Positions 13,529 to 50,611 of a DNA stretch of 64,000 bases are shown here, piece after piece (position 1 is the first letter of the stretch; each line of letters starts with the position of its first letter). The stretch is from Paraspadella gotoi. Taxonomy: Eukaryota; Animalia; Chaetognatha. The stretch covers positions 7,983,420 to 8,047,419 of the forward strand of contig CM119270.1 of assembly GCA_051294375.1 (NCBI GenBank). Direction: 5' to 3'. The notes beneath the pieces were generated by a model. It was given only the letters and a program-made list of their open reading frames with translations. It did not search any database and was not told the DNA's origin. Made by a program: the position numbers and the translations under genes.

Positions 13529-13851
13529 CGATGTCTTTTGGGAAGAGGGGATTCTTTTTGGTCGCTTTTTTTCGGGGGATTTTTGGCGGCTGGAGGAGGA
13601 GGAGTGGGGGGAGAAGAATGAGGGAGTTTGGCGAGGGGGAAGTTTTTTGTCGGGGACGGGGGGGTGAGGATAAAGGGAGGAGAGGGATGAGAGGGAGGAG
13701 AGAGAAGAAGAGAGGGAGGAGAGGGAGGTGGGCGAATCCGTGGATTTTTGACGAAAAACGCGAAGTTTGGCGGAAGTGAGAATCTCTCTCGGAGGAATCG
13801 TGGAGACGTTGAAATGGAAATGTTCCCAATGCTCCGCCCAGGGGGAGTTTA
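12560..13851 (-). CDS. BMP2/4: BMP2/4 last exon (rest of prodomain and mature ligand)
   Basis: Acceptor ctgacag|TA at 13851, phase 1, open and in frame with ORF 12560..13480. Stop TAG at 12560-12562. Confidence 0.93.
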
Positions 13852-14505
13852 CTGTCAGGTGGGGAATAGAATCAGGAAGGATAGGGTGAGGGTGGGTAAG
13901 TCGGATAATGTGAGAAAAATGAGAAAAATTCCCACGCAGTTAATGAAACTTTTGAAAATTAAAAAAAAGTAACAAAGGCGGCAAGATTTTGCGGGTTCTT
14001 TTAACGAAATTTCATTCACGACCCCAAACGTCACGTCTCACATCTCACCGGAAGTCGTGAAACTCCTCACGGTGTTGGCGCGTCCCATTTCAGCCGATCG
14101 CCTCGTCCTTTTTTTCGTCGTCGTCGTCGTCATCCTCGACCTCGCCTCGTTGATGCGGTTCTGTTCCTCCCACAGGTCCATCATGTAAGGCGGAACGTGG
14201 ACGCGTCTCCGCGGTCTCGGCCGCGTCTCCATGCCCATCATGTCCAGGAAGGTGCGCTCGAACCGTTCTAAAGTTTTGGCCACGACTGGGTCGGACTTGT
14301 CGAGGGCCTCGCGACGGCGAGTGGGGGCGTGGGAGCGGGGATCGCGCCCGTCGGGGCCGTTGGAAACGGCGGACGCCCCATTTTGTCCCCGACAGAGGGC
14401 GACGACGATCGCCAAGACCGCCAGGAGGCGGAGGAGCGTTGCGGCGGCGTCGGCGGCGGCGATGGCGGCGGCGAGGGTGGGTCGCTCGCGGTTAGCCGCA
14501 GTCAT
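12560..14505 (-). CDS. BMP2/4: Bone morphogenetic protein 2/4 (Dpp orthologue) precursor, 582 aa, two coding exons (14049-14505, 12560-13851)
   Basis: Signal peptide [17 protein letters not shown]. Prodomain motifs [83 protein letters not shown]. Seven-Cys ligand [25 protein letters not shown]...[14 protein letters not shown]...CCVPTQL...[17 protein letters not shown] is diagnostic of BMP2/4/Dpp. 457+1292=1749 nt, in frame. Confidence 0.97.
14049..14505 (-). CDS. BMP2/4: BMP2/4 first coding exon (signal peptide and N-terminal prodomain)
   Basis: ATG at 14505 lies 8 nt after a pyrimidine tract and cag acceptor, so an upstream non-coding exon is implied. Ends TCC G|gtgag, a phase-1 intron just after ANTVRSF as in other BMP2/4 genes. 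Confidence 0.93.
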
Positions 14506-16937
14506 GGTGTCGTCTGCCGTGGAGGGAGGCCGGGAAGAAAGAAAAGGGGAATAAGGGACAAAGAGGAGAATAATTATGTTATCACTTTTTTGTTCCTCAC
14601 AATTTATTTATTATCTTTGTAACAACTTTTTGCCTCTTTTCTATAGTTTCAAAAATCCAAACTGCTAAGTCAAAGACTGGCAAATTCAATTATTGGATAT
14701 TATTTCCTAGGTAAGGTGTCAGCGTCTTATTTATTAATCCTATCACCCTTAATCGAATGGGAGTAAACGTAAATTAACCTCATGGCAGAAAATAATAATT
14801 ACGGAAGTATAAAAAAAAATTTAATAGAATCTTTCCTTTACTTTATTTAGAATAGCAGCCAAAAGAATATATATATATTTGGTTAAACTAATAAGAAAAA
14901 TACAATCAGTTGACTGAGGAGTTAAATACAGCAATTTTTTAGAGACTTTGCTACCGAACCTACAATTCGACCGACCGACCAACAGATCTACCATTCTCGA
15001 ACCGACCGACCGCTCATTTCCCAAAATCACGATCTCCTCCCAAATCGACAAAAACCGCGCGAGACGAGAAAAAGGAATCCGGGAATTCGGGGCGCGGTGA
15101 GAGAGAAGAGAGATTTCCGCCCTGAGACTCATTCGGCAGATTTTCCAAGTCGTTTAAAAGAGTCGCGTCTTCCTTGGGAATTTCGAGGTCTTGACTCTTG
15201 ATTGCTCGCTCTCTTTTTTCTTGTTCTTTTCGTTACTGGAACGCTTAATGTACGACCGAGATTGACTCAAAGATTGATTTATTCATTTGTTAATTTATTA
15301 TTCTATTTATTGGTGGATTTTTGGTTTCATCGAGTGTTTTTACATTGAGTGACTCATTTTTTGATTGAATAAGTACCTGAATGACATAATTTATTTATTT
15401 ATTGATTCTTGATTCATTAATTTGTAGAATAATCAACTTGAATAAAATGATTGATTGATTACTTTATACTTCTCTGTCCATTGATTGGTTTTCATATGAG
15501 TTGTTTACAAGTTTCTAATTTGACTAAACATCCTATGGATTAAACGATTGGTTGATTATTATGTAACTGATTCGATATATGGACTTATCTATCCGTTGAA
15601 CGATTCATTAATTCATTGACGGATTGTTAGCAAAATAGTCACATATACTATCTGACTCACTGAATTAATTGATTGAGTAATTGGTTGATTGATTCATCTC
15701 CCAGTACACCTCCAGTGCGAACCGGCTTCGCTTTTCTCGAGGCCTTCATCGCCACCGCGCATCGACACCGTTCGGCGATCCTCTTCGGATGATCCCTCAT
15801 TAACGACGATGACGTGGCTGATGACTGTGACGACGACGACGACGACAATGACGACGATCTTTACGACGAAAGGGACGACGGGAATCCGAACATCTGGAGC
15901 AGCATTCTTTTTCCATTTCGTCGCGGGAAAAAGAAAATTCCCAGGAGACAAAAAAAAAAATCAGAAAGGGACAAATGTTGTCGGGGGGGCAGGGGGGGGG
16001 GAGAGAAAAGAAAAGAGAAATCTACAAGAAGAAAATTAAAAAAGAAAGACAATGATATTAATTCGATTAGACTGTTAGCCGGTATCGTCAGGATTCCGGA
16101 AAGTAACTGATGCAAGAAAGAAACTACTGCCTTCAACGAGCGAACTTTCTCCGAGCGTATCGTGTGAAGAAAATAAACTATAAAATAGGATATATGCCCG
16201 TGTTGAAACGCGAAAGGCACAAAATAAATATTTACATTTTTATGTAACCTTTTTTGTGCATCTAATTCATTTCGTTTTTAATTGTTTTGCCTGACGTAGT
16301 ATACGTAATCATAGAAAAAGCTTTTTTGAAGTGAAAGAAAATTCTGCATCATCACAAATCGACGGTATTTCTTGCTATTTCTAAATTCTAACAATATATA
16401 ATAACTTAAAGTTAAAGTTAAAATTGGGTTAATTATTTTTTTATTTAAAAAAAATGCTCTTGACATAGTAGATCTTAAGGAAAAAACTAAATTCTACGCT
16501 AAGATTTGAGTAAATATCATGAGATCAGTATTTATAAAAAAAAACGTCCATTTCCTGGGTATTAAATAAAAAAATTGACAACATTTATACTCAGTAAAAT
16601 TTTTTTTTAAATGCCTTCAATCCTATAATATTTTTTTTAATCATAAAGAAATGGTAAGGATTCTTTATGTCCAAATTGGATTGGATTGGACAAGGGATAC
16701 CCCATGATGCCCTCAAAATATTTCTAAAATGAATTCGACCAAAAAAACGATAAAAATTCCAAGAAATAAAAAGAAAAAGGAAAGAAAGAGAAAGAAGCGT
16801 CGCTCTTTCTCTTCCTCCTTTAATTATTCCTGATCCGATCAACGCTTCATCTCCCGATGAGGACACAAAACAGATTAGACCAGCTTTCCTTCTTTGCCAA
16901 ATCAAAATAAGACACTGACCCGCCCCTAAGAAGAGAG

Positions 16938-16999
<62 letters not shown>

Positions 17000-17118
17000 G
17001 AGAGAGAGGGGGGATCATCCTTCTTTCCTTAAAGGTAAGTGGCAATCGAGGAGGATGAAACGGGGATTAACGCCGTTTAGACGAAACCTCCCAAAACATT
17101 CTCTCTCTCTCTCTTCTT

Positions 17119-17170
<52 letters not shown>

Positions 17171-17552
17171 CTTCTGTTTCTGTCTCGCATGGTTTTTCTG
17201 TGCACTTTTATTGAATGATTGACTGATCAATTGATTGATTGATCCTGTGAAGGATTGATTAACCAACTAATTTTTTCCCAACAAGTAATTAGCAAAGGGA
17301 TATTAAAAAAAAATACTTATTTTTTTTTAAGGCAAAACTAGCCTAATTTTTTAAATTTTTTCAAAAAAACAAAAAACAAAAGCCACCTTTTTATGCCAGT
17401 TAAAAAAATTATAAATTGACGGGACAAAAAATATCTTGCTCGGTAGTTATCACAGCTAAAAAGAATTATAAAAACTTCGAAAAAAGACAAATATGACAAA
17501 TTATGGAGTTGCTCGGTCGAGAGAGAGAGTGAGAAGAGAAAGAGAGAGAGAA

Positions 17553-17613
<61 letters not shown>

Positions 17614-17728
17614 ACCCGTTTGGACTGTCTCGGCCGTTGTTCCGTGGTAGGGCGCGCGGGGGTTCTGACCTTCCGCGGGTTTAAAGCTCAGTTTTTTTTG
17701 GCGAGAGACACAGTAAAAAACAGAGAGC

Positions 17729-17761
<33 letters not shown>

Positions 17762-18877
17762 TCCTTAAATCCCTCAGCGGTTCGAGAATACCATGGTACA
17801 ACTAAGGACTGTCTCCTTTTCTAGCTTCTCGGAGATGGTTTGTTCATTGTGAAAAGACTGAAAAAGTAGGAATACAGTTCATTAAGAAGTTAAACCCGTT
17901 TATCATTGTTGACATGGAGATATTAATTGCCATTCGTTGATTTTGCATATCTTTTGAGGTAACAAAGCGTCAAAAGAAATAATGAAAATTGTTTTCTTAA
18001 AAATTTACAATTATTTCATCATTTTTATCATATGTTGTTATAGTGACATTAGTCTCCTATCTCAGGTCTGACCCCAGACCCACCGATACCTCCTTTACCT
18101 CACTGACTGAATTCCCTTGCCCATCTCAGCGAACTTACCCTGTCAGAACGCGGTGAACCTTATCCCAGTCGAGATTCCCTGTCATATTTCACTCGACGAA
18201 GACGAAGAAGCATCGATTACGCGGTGTAGTTGTTGTCGTTGTCGTTGTTGTCGTTCTCGTTTTCCTTTTCGTTGTTGTTATCTGTTTGGACTATTATTTT
18301 TTTTTTAATCACGCGAGCAGTGAGGGTGGACTAATCCGAATCCTGGTTCCATTCCGGTTCCAGAACTTCCCTTTTAATTTTTCTGATGGTTGATTCAATT
18401 TGTTTTCATAGGATGACCAAGAATCGATCGTTGGCGCCAAAGAACATGCGTCACAGTTTTGTTGTTGTCTTTTGTTTACACTTTTTTTTTATTCGCGCGC
18501 GCGTGTCAAATGTAGGGAATCGCTTCTCCTTTTCTTCTTCCTTTCGGACCCAAACGACAAGAATATAATATCTCCTACTTCTGTTGTTCAGCCGTCGATG
18601 TGATTTTTTTGAGACGAATTAGCCACAAATTTTCGTCGTTGTTTTTGTTGTTGTTGCAATTTCTTCTTCCTCGGGTTTTTTGTGTTTCCGAAATGTCACT
18701 CGGAACTTAGCGGGCACTCTGTCGAGAGTGGAAAAAAAAGAGGGAACGTCGTGTTTTTTTATTTAATAATGAAAAGAAATAATAATAACAACATAAACAA
18801 ACCAGGTGCTTTCCTGGCAGCTCCTGGGACGAATTGCTGAGAGAAGAGAAAGAAAGGGGAGAGGGGAGGTAGAATGA

Positions 18878-18919
<42 letters not shown>

Positions 18920-19737
18920 ATGAGAATTAGAGCAGGTGCGGTTTTTCTTGTTGTTATTTTCATGGGAATTTTCGAGGGGGGGAGAAATTTCGTTTTCCCT
19001 TCTTTCAAGGTTTTTCTGATCGGACTAAGAGAATTAAATTCATTAATGAGAAAAAAAATAAAGGGAAAAAATAGAAATAAAAAAGAAAAGGAAATCTGAA
19101 AACGAGGTCACGACGGAAAAACATAACGTCGTTGGAATCGGGGGGAAAAAAAGAAAGTTCGATCGGGTTTCTGACTAGAAATTAGGATAAGTGAATTATT
19201 TAGTTTTGTTGGTAAGTTAAAGCGATTAGAGATTAAAAATAAATGAGAAAAGAGTTAGTGATATGGGCTTGCGATATGTTTAATGACAGGGACTCAATTA
19301 CAAAGTTGCAATCCGCCCTAATTTCAGGATTTCGTGCAAAGTCATTATCAAAATTGACTCGCATCTTTTACGTTTGTATTTGTTTCAGTAGTTAATGAGA
19401 GTGATGATAATTCAATATTAGTTTCTGATGAAATTATTAAAACGCAAAAAAAAATAAGATATTCCCCACTCTTTCTCAAGAAAGCGAAAGATCAGGACAG
19501 AAACGAAAAATAATTACGACGTCGTCGTCGTCGTCGTCGTCGTCGTCAACGTCGTTTTCATAGTCGTCGAAAAAAGTCCGAAATTATCTTTGCGACGTCT
19601 TTCCCATTTCTTCTCGACGACTACAACGACGACGACGATGACGACGACGACGACGGTGACGATCCCCAAGAAAATCGTTCGGCGGACCATCGATCTGCCG
19701 AGAAAAAGTTTCGCGCGATGTTTTTTCTAGAAATCTC

Positions 19738-19926
19738 AGCCAATGGGTGGCTCTCGGTGGTATCTTTCAGCTAATAAAAGGCGAGATCGAATCTCTATTG
19801 GTCCAATCGGAACAAACTTCGTATCTCTCGTTTTGACCTATCAGAGAAGCGCGTCGTTCTTTTACGTTAGGACGACGAAATTAGGTTCGACCAATCGGGA
19901 AGCATCTTACGTTTCGTAGAAATTGG
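19738..19926. promoter_or_regulatory. CCAAT (NF-Y) box cluster; candidate BMP2/4 promoter or enhancer
   Basis: agccaatggg, ctattggtccaatcgg, gaccaatcggg and aattgg within about 190 bp, 5 kb upstream of the BMP2/4 ATG. Confidence 0.35.
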
Positions 19927-20695
19927 TAAGGGGAAAAAAAAAATTGAGAAGCCGCTACCGTCAGTCTGAGAGGATCGTTGTCGTCTTATTTGAAAAACAA
20001 TTTAAGCACAAAACCAAATAGGTCAATGCTGTCTTTATCGATTGTATAATGTGATTGAATCACGTTGATTTCCAATCAAAACTCCGTTAACGCTGTTTCA
20101 TTGATTTTTTATAAACTTAAAAACTAGGTTACCTTTAAAAATTGCAACATTACTTATGTTAGAATGATTAATTATTTCATTTTTTTTTATTTATTGGACG
20201 AATTGCTCAACCTGCAATAGTAAGTAGGCAGTTGGGGAAATTTCTTTTGGCTTCCTATTTCCGTTTGTTGCCAACATAAACTCAGTGCCAATCCTCTACC
20301 CTTAACTCACCTTTCCTCACCTTATCGTCATGAGTCGGGTGAGTCTTTCTCCGATCTTCTCTCTTCGTACCCTACTCTTCACAATAATCATCACGATCTT
20401 AACAAATCACCATCTATAAAGAAATAACACGATAAATAATCGAAATAAAGTTTTAAAAACTAGACGAAGCTCAAAAAGTCCGATGCCCAGAAATCCTGAC
20501 CTCAAAGCGGAATTGACAGAAATGAAAAGGAAACAAAAAAAAAGAAAACAAAAGATAACGTCCCTCGCGACGTTTGGATTGGGCTTGGGCGCCACGGGCG
20601 GGCGCCAAAGAAACGGGAAATCCAAGGAAAAAACAATAGAACCTGGATTTTGATTTTCTGTCTCTTTTTTGGGACGACGACGACGACGACGAGGA

Positions 20696-20726
<31 letters not shown>

Positions 20727-21111
20727 CTTCATCTCGATAGACATGGAACTCTGAATTTCTGGGCGACATTGGGACAACGAAAATTGTGACGATGTTCGCA
20801 GAATCTTCGACTCTCTCCTTACTACCTCTCCTCTCTCTTCCCTCTCTCTCTCTCTCTCTCTCTCTCTTGCTGTTCTCGCTTTCTCTCTCCTCTCTCTACT
20901 CTGCTGATTCTCGCTTTCTCTCTCTCATTCTCCACTCACTGGTCTAGACGTGAAGGCCATCACAACAGTGATCAGTGACTTTTTTATTATTTCACTGAAT
21001 TTCTTTTATGAATGAAAAGAGCAAGAAAAATACATACAAGTACACGTGAGACATTTGTCATAAGTCTCACTTGTCTTGGTAGCTCTCAAATCATATCCAC
21101 TTGTCAAAATC

Positions 21112-21158
<47 letters not shown>

Positions 21159-21180
21159 ATCTCATCTCTCTCTCTCTCTC

Positions 21181-21224
<44 letters not shown>

Positions 21225-21693
21225 GTCATTCGCCTCCGGCCGAGAATTCGTTCCGCTCACTTCAGTTTTGAAGATCAACGCGAAAATCGCTTTTGGTTTC
21301 CCTCATCTCATCTCTTTCCCTCGTCTTGTTCGCCTTCCTAATCTCGACTGTCTGGTTAAATTGTTCGTCTTCCTATAGTCGTTGTTCATAGTCGTTATTT
21401 ATTTTGACCGCTACGCGTTCACGAACATTATTTCTTTTAATAATATATAATATAATAATATCGTTCATCGTTCATCTTTCATCGTTCATGAAATTCTTCC
21501 GAGCTTCCTCGTCTGTTCATTCCCAACCGAAAAGAGAAAAAAGGAGGAAGATGAAGGCGAAGATAAAAAAAAAGATTTTCAGGCAGGACAATTGGAACAG
21601 ATAGACGGACTGACCGAGCCACCGACAGGATGCGTTAACTCTTAGATCATCATCGTAATCTGCGCAGCGGAATCGACTGAGAGAGATAAAAGG

Positions 21694-21758
<65 letters not shown>

Positions 21759-22287
21759 GAAAAAAATATATACTTATGACATCTCAATAAGCCTATTTCT
21801 CATCTTTTAAAGGTCAGTTAAAAGAAAATCTAAAGAGAAACAAGCGACCGCAAGTGATTCCGTGAAAGAGATAAACATCGAGCGCGATCAGTGTAGCTCT
21901 TGTGGTTTTTTTAAAAGAGCCAAAAGTACTACAGTCTCTCCTTTTTTTTACAAAGTCGCTTTTTCGGATTTGAGACTTTGGCACCAACTNNNNNNNNNNN
22001 NNNNNNNNNNNNNNNNNNNNNNNNNNNNNNNNNNNNNNNNNNNNNNNNNNNNNNNNNNNNNNNNNNNNNNNNNNNNNNNNNNNNNNNNNNNNNNNNNNNN
22101 NNNNNNNNNNNNNNNNNNNNNNNNNNNNNNNNNNNNNNNNNNNNNNNNNNNNNNNNNNNNNNNNNNNNNNNNNNNNNNNNNNNNNNNNNNNNNNNNNNNN
22201 NNNNNNNNNNNNNNNNNNNNNNNNNNNNNNNNNNNNNNNNNNNNNNNNNNNNGAGGGAGAAAGGAAAAAAAAAAGTGGAGTAAAAGT

Positions 22288-22345
22288 TGACGCGATTACG
22301 TCACGGATGACGTCAAAAGTGACGACGCAAACGACGTCACCGATG
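22288..22345. promoter_or_regulatory. CRE/ATF site cluster upstream of BMP2/4
   Basis: tgacgc, ttacgtca, TGACGTCA (perfect), tgacg and cgacgtca within about 55 bp. Confidence 0.35.
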
Positions 22346-23073
22346 GTCATTGATAACAGAGTTTCACGTCCAAATTTTGGAGGTTAGAGTCAAAAAGTAG
22401 TCTCTCTCTCTCTCTCNNNNNNNNNNNNNNNNNNNNNNNNNNNNNNNNNNNNNNNNNNNNNNNNNNNNNNNNNNNNNNNNNNNNNNNNNNNNNNNNNNNN
22501 NNNNNNNNNNNNNNNNNNNNNNNNNNNNNNNNNNNNNNNNNNNNNNNNNNNNNNNNNNNNNNNNNNNNNNNNNNNNNNNNNNNNNNNNNNNNNNNNNNNN
22601 NNNNNNNNNNNNNNNNNNNNNNNNNNNNNNNNNNNNNNNNNNNNNNNNNNNNNNNNNNNNNNNNNNNNNNNNNNNNNNNNNNNNNNNNNNNNNNNNNNTC
22701 ATGGAGAACATCAACTTTCGAATATTCGATTAGATTTGACATCTAAATTAAGAAAGAACGAGAATCCTCTCTCTCGCTCTTTCTCTCTCTCTCTCTCTCT
22801 CTTCCCCCCTCTCTCTCTCTCCCCCTCTCTCTCGCCGTCTGGTCCGTTTAGCATGTGATATAGTCGGAAAGAGTCAGGTTACATATTTGCCTTAAAAGCA
22901 GTGATTCACATTTTTTCGGTNNNNNNNNNNNNNNNNNNNNNNNNNNNNNNNNNNNNNNNNNNNNNNNNNNNNNNNNNNNNNNNNNNNNNNNNNNNNNNNN
23001 NNNNNNNNNNNNNNNNNNNNNNNNNNNNNNNNNNNNNNNNNNCGCTATTTCACCTCTCGCTTCTCTCTCCTCT

Positions 23074-23113
<40 letters not shown>

Positions 23114-26100
23114 GCTCTCTCCTCTCTCTCTCACTTTTTCTCTCTCCCAATCGTAGCCAAGATTAAGAGTGACACACCTCCCAAGGGAGTTACGTTGTTT
23201 CCTGCTCTTTTTGCAGAGATTTTTTAAAGAAAATAAAAAAAGCCGACAGAAAACTAAATGGTTTTGGTAAATTAGTGTTAAATTAATTAAGTTATTATTT
23301 AAAAGAATATTCAGGAAAACTTTATATAGGATTTCATCAATAGTTTATTCAAAAAGAAAATTGTTAAAAACATCTTTGTTCTTTTTCCTTCACTTCTTCT
23401 CAGTAGTGAAAAAAACTTTTATTTCCCATGTTTGTAGTTTAACGAAAAATGTAACGCAACTCGGATAATTTTCAAGTTACCCGTTTGATATCAAATAAGG
23501 AAAAATAAATCCCTTAATGAGATAACGAATCTCCCCCTTTTCTCCTCGCAATTTCCTTCGGGCCCTTAGGTTTGATTCGGTCGTCGTGGATGGGGGGTCG
23601 TTTGAGATAAAAGGTAAGTTTAGTTCAACAAAAAATAAAGTAAAAATCGCATAAACATAATCATACATACGTATAAGAACCTAGAGTTTTAAAGTTTGCA
23701 ATGGCCAGTAATTTTGAATGCCCTGCTTTCGATGCCAAATGTATGTGTGTACGATTCAATACTTGAAGGATTCTCGTCGTCAGACATTAGGTAACGGTTA
23801 ATGTTGTTATTAAATTTCCGAAATTTAACTTTGATCGTAAGTAAAGGAACTACAGTAATCATATTAACCACCGAGCCGTAGTTCTTTTATAAAACCCGTT
23901 TGCAGGGATAATTCCAGGTTTTCTAGATAATTACGTATTTATTGTATCTGAAGTTAGCCTAGCGTTAACACCCTTTCTCTTAGGAATGCTGTTGAGAGGC
24001 AGTGGAATTAAAGTTGTCAGCTGTGCAATTAAATCGTTCAACTTTTCCCAGTTTCCCTTTTGAATTTATTCCCAGTTGTCTGCCTGTAATAAAATTGTAA
24101 TACCACCTGCACGCGCGTAACTAATGTGAGTTACTTTTTAAACCTATAATTAGCCAGGTAATGATATTTTCGTGAGCCAAGTCGCGGCTAGCTATTGGAA
24201 ACTAATATTTTTTAAAGATAAAACGCGAGGTGGACTGAAGACTACTATAAATAGGCTTTTTAACAACCTCGCCAACAATGGAACAGGGCTTCGAACCAGG
24301 CTTAGGAGTTTTCTACGCCCTAAAGGCGTCCTGTTGGGTGAATAACGGAATAAAATTAAATCAGGGACGTCATGGTGCTGAGCAGATAGCAATAACCCAC
24401 CGCTTCACTACTAAAGGTACTTACATAGAAATTAAAGTAAAAATTTTTGGATTCTCATGATTTCTTTAGTTATTATTAGTTATTTTATTGGTTTTTAATT
24501 TTTATTTCATAAGAATATCGATTCTACTAAAACAATTTTTGATAATTTAAAATTCAAAATGTTATTTATTTATGTAGTTATTCATTTATTGAAAAAAAAT
24601 TTTCTCTTGGCCTGGCAAACCAGAATGAATTCAGAAAACAAAAGTTAACATTTACCTACAATACATACATAAATGATTTTAATANNNNNNNNNNTTTATT
24701 GAAAAAAAAATTTTCTCTTGGCGTGGCAAACCAGAAAGAATTCAGAAAACAAAAGTTAACATTTACCTACAGTACATAAATAAATGATTTTAATATTTTA
24801 TTAAAAATAAATACCGAAAAAGAATTGCAGATAAATTCGCTGGCCGCGACTTAGAAAGACCTCTTTAATTGGGGGGGGGAACGAGCATTAAAGAGTTCCG
24901 CGGGGGTCATTACAGCCAAAATTATGTCTTTACCTCTGGGCGCCTTTTTTTTTAATTTCGCGAATCGCAGGTGTTTTGAGCGATTTTTCCGTCTTCGAAA
25001 AAGTGAGTTTATAGTCATGTACCGTCGAAAAGTTGGCAGCGCGCGAATATCACTTCGGTTTGGAAATTAACGAGTAATATCTGTCGGGATGTGGATATCG
25101 AAGGGTGGCAAAAAATATTTTTAACTATTAGCATATGGTTAGACTATTTATACTAAAAAGATAACTTATTCATTGCACAATGCGAAAGAGTTTTTTTTCC
25201 TTCTACCTTAAATGAAGGGTACAATATTTTTTTGGACTTTTTCTCACCCGTAGTGGAGCTTGATTAACTCGGAATTTTACTTTATGGTTTGGGCGCCCTT
25301 TTCTGATGTCTTTAAGATCTTTATGAATGTTGAAATTATACTGGACAAAAAACCGTGAAAAATACGAGAAATAAATTAGGCAAAACGAAAGATTTTCAAA
25401 CCTGTTATATACTGAGCATTTATTCGTTGACAGTCTATATCTTGAAAACGAATATGATATGTATTAATGTATTAATCATACAGATAATGATCTCATCTCT
25501 TTTTTTAATTTATTTAAACGTGGCATGGGAGAAAATCTTCTCATATCTTTATTCATAACACGATGCTAATATTAAGAAACACTGCAGACCCACCTTTTGA
25601 CATCTTTTCGGCCGATTCGTCCATCCAAATGTCCGTTCATAATCCGGCTTTTTTTGTCCCAATTTTTCGGTCCATTGATTTATTTTCACCGCGCGGCCGT
25701 CAATGGACTCTTTTCTGTCTCTTTTTCAGACGTCATCGTCGTCTTCGTCGTCGTCGTCGTTTAAACGTCAAGACGTCACATCTTCACATCTTCCGTGAAA
25801 AGACATTGAGATCAAGACGTGAATGGGAACCGACGAAGCCATGTGTATACATCTCTCTCTCTCTCTCTCTCTGTCACTTTTCTCTTTCTCGCTTTCTCCC
25901 TTTATCACGTGATTAAAAAATAACTCGCTCTCTATCTCGAAAAGGAGGCAATCTTTCCTTTTAACCCTTTACCAATACAGGAAGTGAGCTGACAATATAT
26001 AATTTCCTCGAATACATATATGCAGGAAGCAGGACCTTATTGAAGGGGCTAAGACCACTGTGGACGATTGTGTCGGGCCCATGGGACAAAGGAAAAGAAA

Positions 26101-26479
26101 AGCTAAAACAGAAAATTAAGAAAAGAAAAAGGGAGAATAAAAAAAGTGAGAAATAGAGCATTAAAATCTAGTTTTCCTATTGGTTATAAGTAGAAGCAAA
26201 AGAAATCGTGCTGACAAGGGGCCAACGCCGCCAAGGGGCAAACCATGTCTTAAATAACAAGTCAGGTTAGAAAACAAAATTGTATATTGAAGGCAACAAT
26301 TTGAAGCACTGATATGAATGACAATGAATTAAAAATGACAAATTCGTCAATTAAGGAAAAAAAAACGGAATTAAATATTAACACGATGAATGGTGAATTT
26401 CAGATCGATTTCGTCTTTGTTGTCTGCAAGTCTCTTTGTTGCAGGATTCCCAGGCCAGGTCTGACTTGATAGTCTGACC

Positions 26480-50611
<24,132 letters not shown>

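Noticed and set aside
12447-14622. Overlapping alternative-frame and antisense ORFs over BMP2/4 (e.g. 12656..13243+, 13101..13829-, 13146..13667+)
   Set aside because: Shadow ORFs caused by GC-rich, stop-poor coding DNA; no motifs.
21814-23227. ORFs containing X runs (also 62222-62680)
   Set aside because: Open only because they cross N gaps.
24586-24795. ~100-bp direct repeat
   Set aside because: Straddles a 9-N gap; most likely a haplotype or contig-overlap artefact.
18431-25300. GGCGCC sites as BMP autoregulatory Smad/Schnurri elements
   Set aside because: At the sites checked (about 18433, 20588-20606, 24939, 25292) the GTCTG partner at 5-nt spacing is absent; isolated hexamers are not enough.
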